DNA from: Spirochaetia bacterium
GTDB taxonomy: Bacteria > Spirochaetota > Spirochaetia > CADAEX01
Direction: 5' to 3'
Assembly: GCA_963662795.1 (NCBI GenBank)
Contig: OY759746.1
Coordinates: forward strand, 768,001-832,000
Length of the DNA: 64,000 bases
The stretch's first letter is position 1. Every line of letters starts with the position of its first letter. The position numbers and the translations under genes were made by a program. Below the pieces are notes generated by a model. The model was not told where the DNA came from. It did not search any database and saw only the letters and a program-made list of their open reading frames with translations. Below, one piece after another: positions 1 to 9,794 of this stretch.

Positions 1-328
1 TATAAAACACAGTCTTCATGTTAAAAAAGCCATATCATTGATCCGGGAAAATCCTAAAATCAGTTTACAGGAGCTTTCCACGAAGATCTTTATAAATAAA
101 TCCTACTTGTCAAGACTTTTCAGAAAAGAAACAGGCATAACTGTTTTTGAATATGCGCTTGATGTGCGTATTGAACTGGCAAAAAAAATGCTCAATAATC
201 CTTCTGTCCGGATTTGTGAAATTGCAGACCGACTCGGTTATGAATATGCACAGCAGTTTACGAGTGACTTTAAAAAAACAGTCGGCTTAGCCCCTTCTGA
301 ATTCAGAACACGAAAAACCCTTCAATGA
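1..328 (+). CDS. AraC-family transcriptional regulator, C-terminal HTH (5' end outside window)
   Basis: Frame is open back to position 2; motifs YLSRLFRKETG, RIELAKKML, IADRLGY, FKKTVGLAPSEFR match the AraC double HTH. Confidence 0.9.
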   Translation, partial: IKHSLHVKKAISLIRENPKISLQELSTKIFINKSYLSRLFRKETGITVFEYALDVRIELAKKMLNNPSVRICEIADRLGYEYAQQFTSDFKKTVGLAPSEFRTRKTLQ

Positions 329-418
329 ATTTGATAATTGTCAATATCCAAGTAATTTAAGTCATTATTTATTATAGCTTTACGGATTTTTTTACCCTAT
401 TATCACTTTTATGCAAAC

Positions 419-614
419 AGTAGAAAGCAGCTGAATCCTTCAGGTTGGCAGTGTTAAAACACTCAGCCGTAACAGACCTGCAGATAATTTCTACTTTTAA
501 TACTTCCTTGTAAAGGAAGCAAATGAACCGCATTCAGAAACCGGCCATGAGAATGTGCCAGAACCAATGAATAAAATTGACGGTTTAAGAATGCGAATGC
601 CATTGGCAAAGCAT
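419..614 (+). promoter_or_regulatory. Candidate structured 5' leader RNA upstream of TAXI operon
   Basis: Nested complementary segments: 419-426/488-495, 431-435/439-443, 450-454/459-463, 503-509/513-519, 529-535/589-595, 538-543/581-586, and a GAGA-tetraloop hairpin at 543-559. Confidence 0.4.
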
Positions 615-645
615 AATGTCAAGGCAACATTTTGAGGAGGATAGA

Positions 646-1638
646 ATGAAAAAGTTATTGGTGTTTTTATTGATCTTACTGATTACCGTATCCCTTTTCG
701 CGGGCGGCACCAAGGAAGCAGGCAGTTCAAGCGAAACGGAAATGTCAGGTGGCTCATATCTGATGGGTACCGGCAGTGCTACAGGAAATTACTATAACTT
801 TGGGAGTGTTCTTGCCCAGGTTGTAAACTCGAAGACAAGCACAAACCTTACAGTAACTTCAACAGGCGGCTCAGTTGAGAATGCACGTCTTCTCGGGAGT
901 GGCGAAAACGAATTTGCCTTGATACAGACAGATGTATTTCATTACGCATTGAAAGGGATAGAGCAGTTTAAAGGTGCTCCTATTAAAGGGTTTTCTGCAA
1001 TTACAGCATGCTATCCTGAAATGGTTCAGATTGTAGTATCGAAAAAAAGCGGGATAAAAAGTGTTCTGGATATGAAGAATAAAAGAATCTGTGTCGGTGC
1101 TGCAGGAAGTGGCTATGAAGTAGCTGCCCGCCAGGTTTTGGCTGCCCATGGAATGAATTATGACGATATTGATGAAAGGTTTCTTTCTCAGGCTGAAGGT
1201 AAAAACGCCCTACAGGATGGACAGATTGACGCTTTTTTCATGTGTTCAGGTTATCCTAATTCAAACGTAACAGAACTGAGTCTTACAGGGAATATTGACG
1301 TTATCAGCATCGATGGTACATACATGAAAAAAATGCTGGAAATGTATCCATTCTATGCTCTTTTTTCAACAAGTGATGACCAGTATAATGTCGGGCACAA
1401 GATAACAAGCGTTTCTGTTATGGCAATAATGGTTGCCCGTAATGATGTTCCAGAGAAAGAAATATACAATATAACAAAGGCAATTTATGAGAATCTCGAT
1501 GAATTAAAAAGCCTTAACAGCAAAGCCAACTATGTGAGTCTTGATGGGGCTTTCAGAGGTATCAGCGGTAATGTACATCCTGGAGCTGCAAGATATTATA
1601 AAGAAAAAGGGATGACTGTTCCTGATAAGAATCTTTAA
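646..1638 (+). CDS. TAXI-family TRAP transporter solute-binding protein
   Basis: GAGGAGG RBS before ATG 646; signal peptide ending FAGG; GTGSATGNYY, STGGSVEN, GAAGSG and HPGA.RYY motifs. Confidence 0.92.
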   Translation: MKKLLVFLLILLITVSLFAGGTKEAGSSSETEMSGGSYLMGTGSATGNYYNFGSVLAQVVNSKTSTNLTVTSTGGSVENARLLGSGENEFALIQTDVFHYALKGIEQFKGAPIKGFSAITACYPEMVQIVVSKKSGIKSVLDMKNKRICVGAAGSGYEVAARQVLAAHGMNYDDIDERFLSQAEGKNALQDGQIDAFFMCSGYPNSNVTELSLTGNIDVISIDGTYMKKMLEMYPFYALFSTSDDQYNVGHKITSVSVMAIMVARNDVPEKEIYNITKAIYENLDELKSLNSKANYVSLDGAFRGISGNVHPGAARYYKEKGMTVPDKNL

Positions 1639-1650
1639 TAACTTTTAATA

Positions 1651-1674
1651 AGTGGGAGATTGATATCTCCCACT
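1651..1674 (+). other. Intercistronic stem-loop after binding-protein gene
   Basis: AGTGGGAGAT-TGAT-ATCTCCCACT, perfect 10 bp stem. Confidence 0.7.
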
Positions 1675-1704
1675 GTTATCATCAAGCAACAGGAGTAGCC
1701 TTTA

Positions 1705-3657
1705 ATGCGCATTAAATTTTTTGCAAAATATAATCGGACAATAACGGAAGATATTGATCTGACAACTATTGACAGGGAATCCAAATTCAAGAATTTCACG
1801 GGCAACCAAAAAGTATTATTGACAATTGCGTTAACGATATTTGCCTGTTTCCAGTTGTATGCCTCCATTACAAACAGTTTCCCGCAGCAAATTGTTAGAT
1901 ACACACATCTTGGATTTGCAATAAGTCTGGCTTACATTATGTATCCTGCCACCAAAAAAACAGACAGAAACAGACACAGTATATTTGATATAATGATTGC
2001 TTTGATTTTTATCACTGTCATTTCATATTTTCTGAAAAATTATGAAGTTCTGCAATTCAGAGCTGGTTCATACAACAGGGTTGATGTAGTCATGGCCGGT
2101 CTTGGTATTTTTCTGGTCTTGGCTGCTTGCTGGAGGGTCGTCGGAGCACCAATTGTCTGTATTGCGTCTTTCTTCATTATTTACGGTTTTATCGGAAAAT
2201 ATCTTCCAGGATTCCTGCATCACCGGGGGTATTCTGTTCAGCGTATTATCACACACCTGTTCCTTACCACAGAAGGCGTAATAGGGAATCCGCTTGGAGT
2301 GTGTTCCACGTTCATTTTTTTATTCATTTTTTTCGGCGCTTGTCTTGAAAAAACAGGAATTGGGCAGTTTTTCATTGATGCTGCAACAAGCGCTGCAGGC
2401 TGGGCTGCCGGGGGGCCGGCAAAAGTGTCGGTTCTGTCATCAGCCCTAACCGGTACAATAAGCGGATCATCAGTTTCTAATACAGTCAGTACAGGAAGTT
2501 TTACAATCCCAATGATGAAAAAACTGGGTTACAAACCGGAATTTGCTGCAGCAGTCGAGGCAGCTGCATCCACAGGCGGTCAGATAATGCCGCCGGTTAT
2601 GGGGTCCGCAGCATTCCTTATTAGCGATGCTGTGGGTATTCCGTATTCAGCACTGATGAAGCATACAATAATTCCTGCAGTTCTTTACTTTACCGGCATT
2701 TGGGTGATGGTTCATCTTGAGGCCAAAAAGAATGGACTGAAAGGTATTCCCAGAGAACAGCTGAATCCATTGTGGCCGTTATTGAAAGCAAAAGGACATC
2801 TCGTGCTGCCGCTTGTAGGTATTATCTATTTCATGCTCAACGGCTTTACAATAACACGGAGCGCGCTCTGGGGAATAATGATTGCAGTAGTGATACCATT
2901 TGTGAAAAAGGATACCAGAATTCCAGTGAAACAGATTCTGTCGGCTTTACCAGCGGCTGCCAGGGGTATTATAAGTGTTGCAACAGCATGCGCAACTGCA
3001 GGAATTATTGTCGGGATGGTAACTTTAACTGGCTTGGGTCAAAGAATAGGCGCCGGAATGTTCGATCTTGTAGGTGGCAGTGTTATACTGGGGCTGATGA
3101 GTGCTATGTTTACATCACTGATTCTTGGAATGGGTGTGTCAACGACTTCAAACTATATCATAACAAGTACGGTAGCAGCGCCAATCCTTATTAAAATGGG
3201 AATACCACTGCTTGCAAGTCATCTGTTCTGTTTTTATTTCGGAATCATTGCCGATATAACTCCTCCTGTGGCTCTGGCTGCTTATGCAGGATCCGCGATA
3301 GCCAAGAGCAACCCATTTAAAACAGGTATTATTGCTTCAAAAATCGCTATCGGGGCTTTTATCATTCCGTATATGTTTGCAATATCGCCGAAGATGATCC
3401 TGATTGACGGAACACTGATGGAAGCGCTTCCAATGTTTGTCACAGCAATTATCGGAATGATAGGCATCAGCGGAGGCTTGATCGGGTTTTTGTTTGTTCC
3501 AATAAGAAGGAACTGGCGACTGTTTCTGTTTTTGAGCGGAGTCATGCTTGTTGTTCCGGGCGTAATGACTGATATTGCCGGTTCAATACAAATCATACTT
3601 ATCGTCGTGCTTCACAAGTTCTTTTTCATCAAAGAGAAAGAACTTGCAATGTATTGA
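1705..3657 (+). CDS. TRAP transporter 4TM/12TM fused permease (TAXI type)
   Basis: Highly hydrophobic; GGPAKVSV, EAAASTGGQIMPPVMG and ITPPVALAAYA motifs. Confidence 0.93.
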   Translation: MRIKFFAKYNRTITEDIDLTTIDRESKFKNFTGNQKVLLTIALTIFACFQLYASITNSFPQQIVRYTHLGFAISLAYIMYPATKKTDRNRHSIFDIMIALIFITVISYFLKNYEVLQFRAGSYNRVDVVMAGLGIFLVLAACWRVVGAPIVCIASFFIIYGFIGKYLPGFLHHRGYSVQRIITHLFLTTEGVIGNPLGVCSTFIFLFIFFGACLEKTGIGQFFIDAATSAAGWAAGGPAKVSVLSSALTGTISGSSVSNTVSTGSFTIPMMKKLGYKPEFAAAVEAAASTGGQIMPPVMGSAAFLISDAVGIPYSALMKHTIIPAVLYFTGIWVMVHLEAKKNGLKGIPREQLNPLWPLLKAKGHLVLPLVGIIYFMLNGFTITRSALWGIMIAVVIPFVKKDTRIPVKQILSALPAAARGIISVATACATAGIIVGMVTLTGLGQRIGAGMFDLVGGSVILGLMSAMFTSLILGMGVSTTSNYIITSTVAAPILIKMGIPLLASHLFCFYFGIIADITPPVALAAYAGSAIAKSNPFKTGIIASKIAIGAFIIPYMFAISPKMILIDGTLMEALPMFVTAIIGMIGISGGLIGFLFVPIRRNWRLFLFLSGVMLVVPGVMTDIAGSIQIILIVVLHKFFFIKEKELAMY

Positions 3658-3805
3658 AGAATTCAGTGTGAATAGAAATATGGCATGATAATGTTTTGAC
3701 TAGTGTCTCAATAAATATCTCAAAACCATTGTTAATGTTTTTTTTTGATAAACAAATTTAACTGCTTGTTTCTTTACTCAGTTTTATTTACACAACGGAG
3801 ATCAA

Positions 3806-4465
3806 ATGAGCATTTCTATATTGGATAATTATACGGCTTTGTTTGAAAATAAAATTAAAATCTCGGGCTTTGACTGCAAACCTTTATCAGGGGAAACAGA
3901 AGTCATTATTCTTCGAAGCCGTACACGTATTGACAGAAATTTTATCGAAAAATATCCCAATCTTAAACTTATAATAAGGGGTGGTGTCGGACTTGACAAT
4001 ATCGATCTGTATTATGCAAGCGAGAAAGGGATAATGATTAAAAATACACCAAAAGCATCTTCAATAGCCGTAGCTGAACTGGCATTTGCTCATCTCATAG
4101 CTATTTCATCGTTATTGATCGAAGAGCATAACAGCATGAAAAAAGGGGTATGGCTTAAAAATGAATTAAAAAGAACAGAACTCTATGGTAAAACTATTTG
4201 TCTGGTTGGCCTTGGTAATATTGGATTGGAAATGGCAAAGCGTTGTCATTCTTTTGGTATGAAAGTCATTGCGTATAAAAAAACAATCAGTACCTGCCCG
4301 TACGCTGATGTGTGGGATAAGGAACCACCGGATGATACTACACTTCTTTACAGATCGGGAAGAGTCTTTATGACACCTCATATCGGCGCATCAACGGTTG
4401 AGAATCTTGACAGAGTTGAGAATGAAATAATTACAATACTTAAAAAATTCAAAAAGGAAAATTGA
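3806..4465 (+). pseudogene. serA: D-3-phosphoglycerate dehydrogenase-like gene with in-frame internal deletion
   Basis: RGGVGLDNID, AVAE, GLGNIG and TPHIGAST are present, but the SLHxPL...NxxRG segment is missing between CPYA and DVWDKEPP; only 219 aa; adjacent to serC. Confidence 0.65.
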
Positions 4466-4466
4466 T

Positions 4467-5552
4467 ATGAACAGGATCGCAAATTTTTATGCAGGACCTT
4501 CCGTTCTTCCGGTAGAGGTTCTTGAAGAATTGTCCAGGGAAATGGTTGATTACAAAGGGACAGGATTGTCTTTAATAGAGACCAGCCATAGATCTTCAGT
4601 TTATGAAGAAGTACACAACAGGGCTATTGAATTATTAAGGGAAATATTCAACGTCCCCACAGATTACCATATTCTGCTCTTACAGGGCGGGGGTACCCTT
4701 CAGTTTGGCATGATACCTATGAATCTTTCGATTGGGGATTTAACCTGCGATTATGTAATTACCGGAAAATGGAGCCAAAACGCTTATGATGATGCAAAAA
4801 GAATAACTTATGCAAACGCTGTTTACGATGGAAGGGATACCAATTATACACATATTCCTGAACCTGATGAAATCAAACTATCTCGTAATTCATCTTATTG
4901 TTACATAACGTCAAATGAAACAATCGGGGGAATACAGTGGAATGAATGGCCTGACACCGGCGATATCCCCCTGGTTTGTGATATGTCAAGTGACATTCTG
5001 AGTCGTCCTGTCCCGGTTGAAAATTTCGGATTGATTTATGCGGGAGCACAGAAAAATCTTGGTCCAGCCGGTGTTACAATTGTCATAATCAGGGATGATC
5101 TGCTTAAAAGAGCTCCAGACAATATTCCTGTTTACCTGAATTACAATTCCCATGTAAAGAATAATTCACTTTATAACACTCCGCCCATGTTTTCAATCTG
5201 GTCGGTAAAAATATTGCTTGAATATATGAAAAAGAATGGAGGTTTGCCACAGGTAGTTGACAACAATAAAAGAAAAGCTGATTTGATATATAATGCCATA
5301 AAACTCAGCGCTGGGTTTTACATTTCACCGGTAGAAGAAAAAAGCAGATCCTTGATGAATGTTGTTTTTACAATAAAAAACAGAGAACTGGAATCATTAT
5401 TTCTGAAAAAAGCAGCTGAAAACAACTTTACAGGTTTGAAAGGCCATAAAAGCGTGGGTGGATTGCGGGCATCCTTGTATAACTCATTACCGATATCCGA
5501 TGTATTAAAACTTTCTGAATTTATGCTTGATTTTTATAACAGCAATAAATAG
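4467..5552 (+). CDS. serC: Phosphoserine aminotransferase
   Basis: NFYAGPSVLP, SHRS, DMSSDILSRP, YAGAQKNLGPAG (PLP lysine), NTPP and GHKSVGGLRASLYN motifs. Confidence 0.95.
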   Translation: MNRIANFYAGPSVLPVEVLEELSREMVDYKGTGLSLIETSHRSSVYEEVHNRAIELLREIFNVPTDYHILLLQGGGTLQFGMIPMNLSIGDLTCDYVITGKWSQNAYDDAKRITYANAVYDGRDTNYTHIPEPDEIKLSRNSSYCYITSNETIGGIQWNEWPDTGDIPLVCDMSSDILSRPVPVENFGLIYAGAQKNLGPAGVTIVIIRDDLLKRAPDNIPVYLNYNSHVKNNSLYNTPPMFSIWSVKILLEYMKKNGGLPQVVDNNKRKADLIYNAIKLSAGFYISPVEEKSRSLMNVVFTIKNRELESLFLKKAAENNFTGLKGHKSVGGLRASLYNSLPISDVLKLSEFMLDFYNSNK

Positions 5553-5707
5553 AAAAATATTTAACAATTTTTATTCAATAAACTTATGACTTTTAGGTGC
5601 CAGGTTGTTGTGATTTTATGAATGTTGGATTATAAGAATATTTAATATAGAAGTTGTAACCAAAATTATGATTATGGGACATTTTACAAAACCGGAGACT
5701 TCAGCTT

Positions 5708-7024
5708 TTGAGAATAAGAAATAATCCTGGTGTGTTACTGGCTATAACTGCAATAATAATTACCGCTTGCGGTTATCGTGAAACAGCACACCAATACAAA
5801 AAAGAACCGCTTGAAATTGAATTCTGGTATGGCTTGGAAGGCAAGGCCGCAAAAGCTGTTGAAGATATAGTTCTTTCTTTCAATGAATCACAGGATGATT
5901 ATTATGTGAATGCGGTTCAGCAGGGCAGTCAGACAGAAACGGCCCAGGCACTGTATGCAACAATAATAAATAATACCGAACCTGCATGCCTTATTTTAAA
6001 TTATGAACACAGCGCTTCATTGTATTTGCGCGGGGGATTGACACCCCTGAATGGCCTGATTGACACTACTGTGGATTTTAATAAAGAGGATATATATCAG
6101 ATATTCCTTAAATCAGCTGAGAAAGACGGCGAATATTATGGCGTACCAGCTTTCGGGTCTACACAGATACTGTATTATAGAAAAGATATGTACCGTGATT
6201 CAGGCATAAACATGGAATCGCTTAAATCCTGGGATACACTTGCCGATTCTACCAGAGAACTTACAAAGAGAGACGACGATATAACTCTTGTATACGGATT
6301 GGAAATGATCCAGCCGAAAATTAATCTTATTGATGCTGCTATCAGTAAAGGAGGGGTTTTTCTGACAAATGATGGAAGGACTGTTGTCGTTGACTCACCG
6401 GAATGGATTGAAGCTTGGGAATTTATAAGAAAATCAATTTTTGTTGATAAAACCATCAAAGTCAACTATGGAGGATACGGGTGGGAAGCATTGTTTGCTA
6501 CAATAGATGATGTCATGCACGGAAGATCTGCAGGGTGTATAGGCTCAAGCGGTGATCTTTTGTATCTTTACAATCCAGTGATAAGCGCCCATATTCTACC
6601 CGGCTGGGACGGGAGTCAGGGCAAGCCTGCAGCAGTTGCCGATATAATATGCATTCCGCGTAAAGTATCGCTGGAAAAAAAAAGAGGTGCTTTCCAGTTT
6701 ATCAATTACTTTATAAGTACTTCCAATACAGCGGACTTTTCAATAAAAACCGGATATATTCCTGTCAGAAAATCAGTTTTACAGACCGATAAATATCAGA
6801 AATTTCTCAGTGAAAATCCAAACGCTCTTGTTTCTCTTAAACAACTTGAAACCGCTGTTCCGCCTTTTTTCGATCCAACAGGTGGAAAGATAAACAAGAT
6901 ACTCGAAAATGCTGCTGAGCTTCTTGTATTTGAAAACATTCCTGCCGAAACAGTTCTGAGAGAAGCAAAAACCAAAGCGCAGTCTGCTCTTGACGTTTAT
7001 CTGAAAGAACGAACAGGAAATTGA
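5708..7024 (+). CDS. ABC transporter extracellular solute-binding lipoprotein (UgpB/family 1-like), no permease nearby
   Basis: Lipobox ITAC; IEFWYGL, YGVP..ST.ILYYRKD and TGYIPVRKS motifs. Confidence 0.85.
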   Translation: MRIRNNPGVLLAITAIIITACGYRETAHQYKKEPLEIEFWYGLEGKAAKAVEDIVLSFNESQDDYYVNAVQQGSQTETAQALYATIINNTEPACLILNYEHSASLYLRGGLTPLNGLIDTTVDFNKEDIYQIFLKSAEKDGEYYGVPAFGSTQILYYRKDMYRDSGINMESLKSWDTLADSTRELTKRDDDITLVYGLEMIQPKINLIDAAISKGGVFLTNDGRTVVVDSPEWIEAWEFIRKSIFVDKTIKVNYGGYGWEALFATIDDVMHGRSAGCIGSSGDLLYLYNPVISAHILPGWDGSQGKPAAVADIICIPRKVSLEKKRGAFQFINYFISTSNTADFSIKTGYIPVRKSVLQTDKYQKFLSENPNALVSLKQLETAVPPFFDPTGGKINKILENAAELLVFENIPAETVLREAKTKAQSALDVYLKERTGN

Positions 7025-7095
7025 ACAATTATTCAGAATGTGCATATTCTTGCAGAGTTATTGAAAAGGATTAATTTTATTTATGGAGAAATTCA

Positions 7096-7453
7096 ATGAA
7101 ATCAATTGTGTGTTTCGGAGATTCAAATACATGGGGTTATGGTTATATACCGGGAAGCAGCGGAAAACGTTATCCAGATGAGAAACGCTGGACATCTGTG
7201 CTGTCGGAGAAAATGGGAAATGGCTATGCGCCATGATACCCGAGGGTCTTAACGGAAGAACTACAGTGTTTGATGACCCGCTTACAGGAAACAAATCAGG
7301 GCTGGTTCATCTTGATACAGTACTGACTTCGCATTACCCGATCGATCTCTCATTTTTATGCTTGGAACAAACGACCTGAAAGACCGTTTCAATGTCACGG
7401 CCTCAGGCATCGCCAAAGGTATGGAACGACTTATCGAGAATGCCGGGGAGACA
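7096..7453 (+). pseudogene. SGNH/GDSL hydrolase (arylesterase-like) pseudogene, frameshifted and truncated by IS256
   Basis: Manual translation gives MKSIVCFGDSNTWGY...RWT, then in other frames EGLNGRTTVFDDP and MLGTNDLK; two frameshifts; sequence ends at the IS256 inverted repeat. Confidence 0.85.
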
Positions 7454-8570
7454 AAGCCTGTAAAGAATTCTGTGTAACTGACTTTTCATTCATCAGAAAA
7501 CCGCTCTCCATATTCCAATAAAAATAGGTTCATCGCCGGTTTCCACTCACGGAGAGGCATGCTCCATTTCTTTGAAGCCTGCTTTGCAGCCAGGTATATA
7601 ATTTTAAATGCCGATTTGTCATTGGGAAATATCCTGCGATTTTTTATGGCTTTTCGAATTACACTGTTTAAAGATTCAATTGCATTTGTCGTATAAATTA
7701 TTTTACGGATTTCATCAGGATAATCAAAGATTGTTATCAGGTTTTCCCAGCTTTTCCCCACATTCTGCTGATCGATGCATATTGACTGTCCCATTTATCT
7801 GAAAATATCACTAATTCCCTTTCTGCTTCATCAAGGGTTATTGAAGAGTAGATTCTTTTCAAATCCCCAGCCAGTTCTTTACAGTCTTTATAGGAAACGT
7901 ATTTCAAAGAGTTCCTTACCATTGTACAATGCATAATCAGATTTTTGTTTTGGGAAATACTGTATTTATCTCTTCAGGGAAGCCTGTAAGTCCATCCTCA
8001 CTTGCAATGAAGATATCTTTTACACCTCTGGGAGTGAAGTTCCGTTAGTATAGAAAGCCAGAACTTCACTCCTTCGTTTTCTGATATCCAGAGTCCCAAA
8101 AGTTCCTTAATTCCTTCTGTGGTAACACCCAGGGCAAGATAAACAGCCTTGTTGATTACTCTTTTATCCTGATGCACCTTAACAACAATGCAATCAAGGT
8201 AAATTATCGGATAGACACTCTCAAGTGGACGGTTTTGCCGCTGCTCAACTTCCTCAAGAACCGCATCGGTTATTACTTTTTTGCCTGTACGGCCACCATT
8301 ACGGCTGTTCAGTTTATTACGGCCCTGGCTTGAATGCTTCTCGTAACCTAAGTGGCTATCCAGTTCTGCATTAAGGGCTTTCTCAATTGTCAATTTCATC
8401 AGCCGGCCTAAAGGGTTTGCAAGATCCGATTCACTCTTGACCCCTTTTACCAGTTCTGTTGCCAATTCTTCCAAACGCTCTTTATCCATCATAATACTGC
8501 TCATTCTATATCCTTTGCCTTTGTGAGGCTATTTAGAATTTTGCAGTTACACAGTTTTTAGTACAGAGTC
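7454..8570 (-). mobile_element. IS256-family element, degenerate (frameshifts, internal deletion)
   Basis: ORF fragments YPIIYLDCIVVKV, KELLGLWI and IYTTNAIESLN; imperfect terminal IRs AAGCCTGTAAAGAATTCTGTGTAACTG (7454) and the reverse complement GACTCTGTACTAAAAACTGTGTAACTG (ending 8570). Confidence 0.9.
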
Positions 8571-9780
8571 GATTTGTTGGTGGTTTATTAAGAACTGTCC
8601 AAATATCTTTTCTTGTTGTCAGTATAGTTGGAATCAGTTTCATTAATGAAAAATGCGTCCATTTTCTGCTCGAAAACATTTTTAAGTGTTGTAACATTAG
8701 ATAAGTAATCATGGCAATCCAGATTTGTGTCATTATCGCATTTTTGGAAGTTCCAAAGAATTTCTTTATTTTCAAATTCTGTTTAATTGTTTTAAAAAAT
8801 ATTTCAATCTGTCATCTATCTTTATAGACAGGCGCAATTGTTGCTGGAGACCAATTAAAATTATTTGTAATAATTACAATATGTTTTCCTGTTTCAGGAT
8901 CTTTACTTCTTATCCGCCTTAGTTTTAAAGGACATTTCTTACTGGTATTAAATCCTTTCATCTCAATAATCTGATCAGATGTAATATTTCTATATGAGGA
9001 AACATTTTTTCTTTCAATAACGAATAATCAGCATTCTTCTTTAATCGGGTAACAAAATAAATACCTGTATTACAATAATTTGCAAACAACTTGAAGCCTG
9101 TGTATCCACGATCAAAAGTTACAACATCCCCCTTGTTAAACTGCATTTTTTTAAGTGAGTTGACTTCATGGGTTTGGGCAATTGTAACTGATATAAATAC
9201 AAGAATATATCCAATGTGATCAAGTTTTACATTCAGTTTTATTCCGCCTTTGTGTTTCCTGAAATCTGCCCATGGAAAAAGATTTAAACATAAATCTATG
9301 GTACTTGCCTCTACACTGAAAAGTGGATTCTTGAATTTGTGTTTATGAGTTCTCTTCATTGACAATATTTTACCAAGAAGATCAGAAAAAATATTTTCAT
9401 ATATTTCACAACTACGATTATTATTTGCATAAGATAATGTAGATCGTTTTATTTTTTTTACTCCCAGATGATAAAGTTGGCTGCTGATTGATTCCAGGGA
9501 GTTTTCAATGTCTCTAAGCCCTGTTTGTCCTGAAAACTGTGCAAACAGCATTGAAACAAACGATCCCAGCAGGAAAACCCTTTTGATGCAAAATCTCCAT
9601 TATGTTTTTTTACAGATTTTTCATTTCATATCTCGGAATTATTTGTAGAATTTGTTTTAAAATGGTATTATTGTAACTCATTGCCTGTTTTCCTTTTCCT
9701 GTAAAGAATTAGCCGTCCAAGCTTAATTCAATATAGCAAGAATTACAGGCAATTAATAGTCCTTGTTTTGGACACTTATG
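8571..9780 (-). mobile_element. IS4-family element, degenerate transposase (ATG 9681) with one end missing
   Basis: Fragments MSYNNTILKQIL, MLFAQ..G..LRDIE, RSTLSYAN, FDRGY, FVTRLK and KIKKFFGTSKNA..QIWIA; terminal TTTTGGACACTTATG ending at 9780. Confidence 0.85.
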
Positions 9781-9794
9781 CTAAGGATTGTAAT

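Noticed and set aside
427-485. c-di-AMP (ydaO) riboswitch suggested by GCTGAATCC
   Set aside because: The rest of the consensus (GGGGGAACC, GGGTGAAT, CCGTCAGCTAAC) is absent and the segment is too short; kept only as an unclassified structured leader
616-645. Longer N-terminus of the TAXI protein from the ORF track
   Set aside because: A strong RBS lies inside this stretch and the signal peptide begins at ATG 646
7058-7294. Minus-strand 78 aa ORF
   Set aside because: Shadow of the plus-strand GDSL pseudogene, whose motifs are clearly recognisable
7486-8504. Programmed frameshifting in the IS256 transposase
   Set aside because: IS256 uses a single ORF; several breaks plus an internal deletion indicate decay
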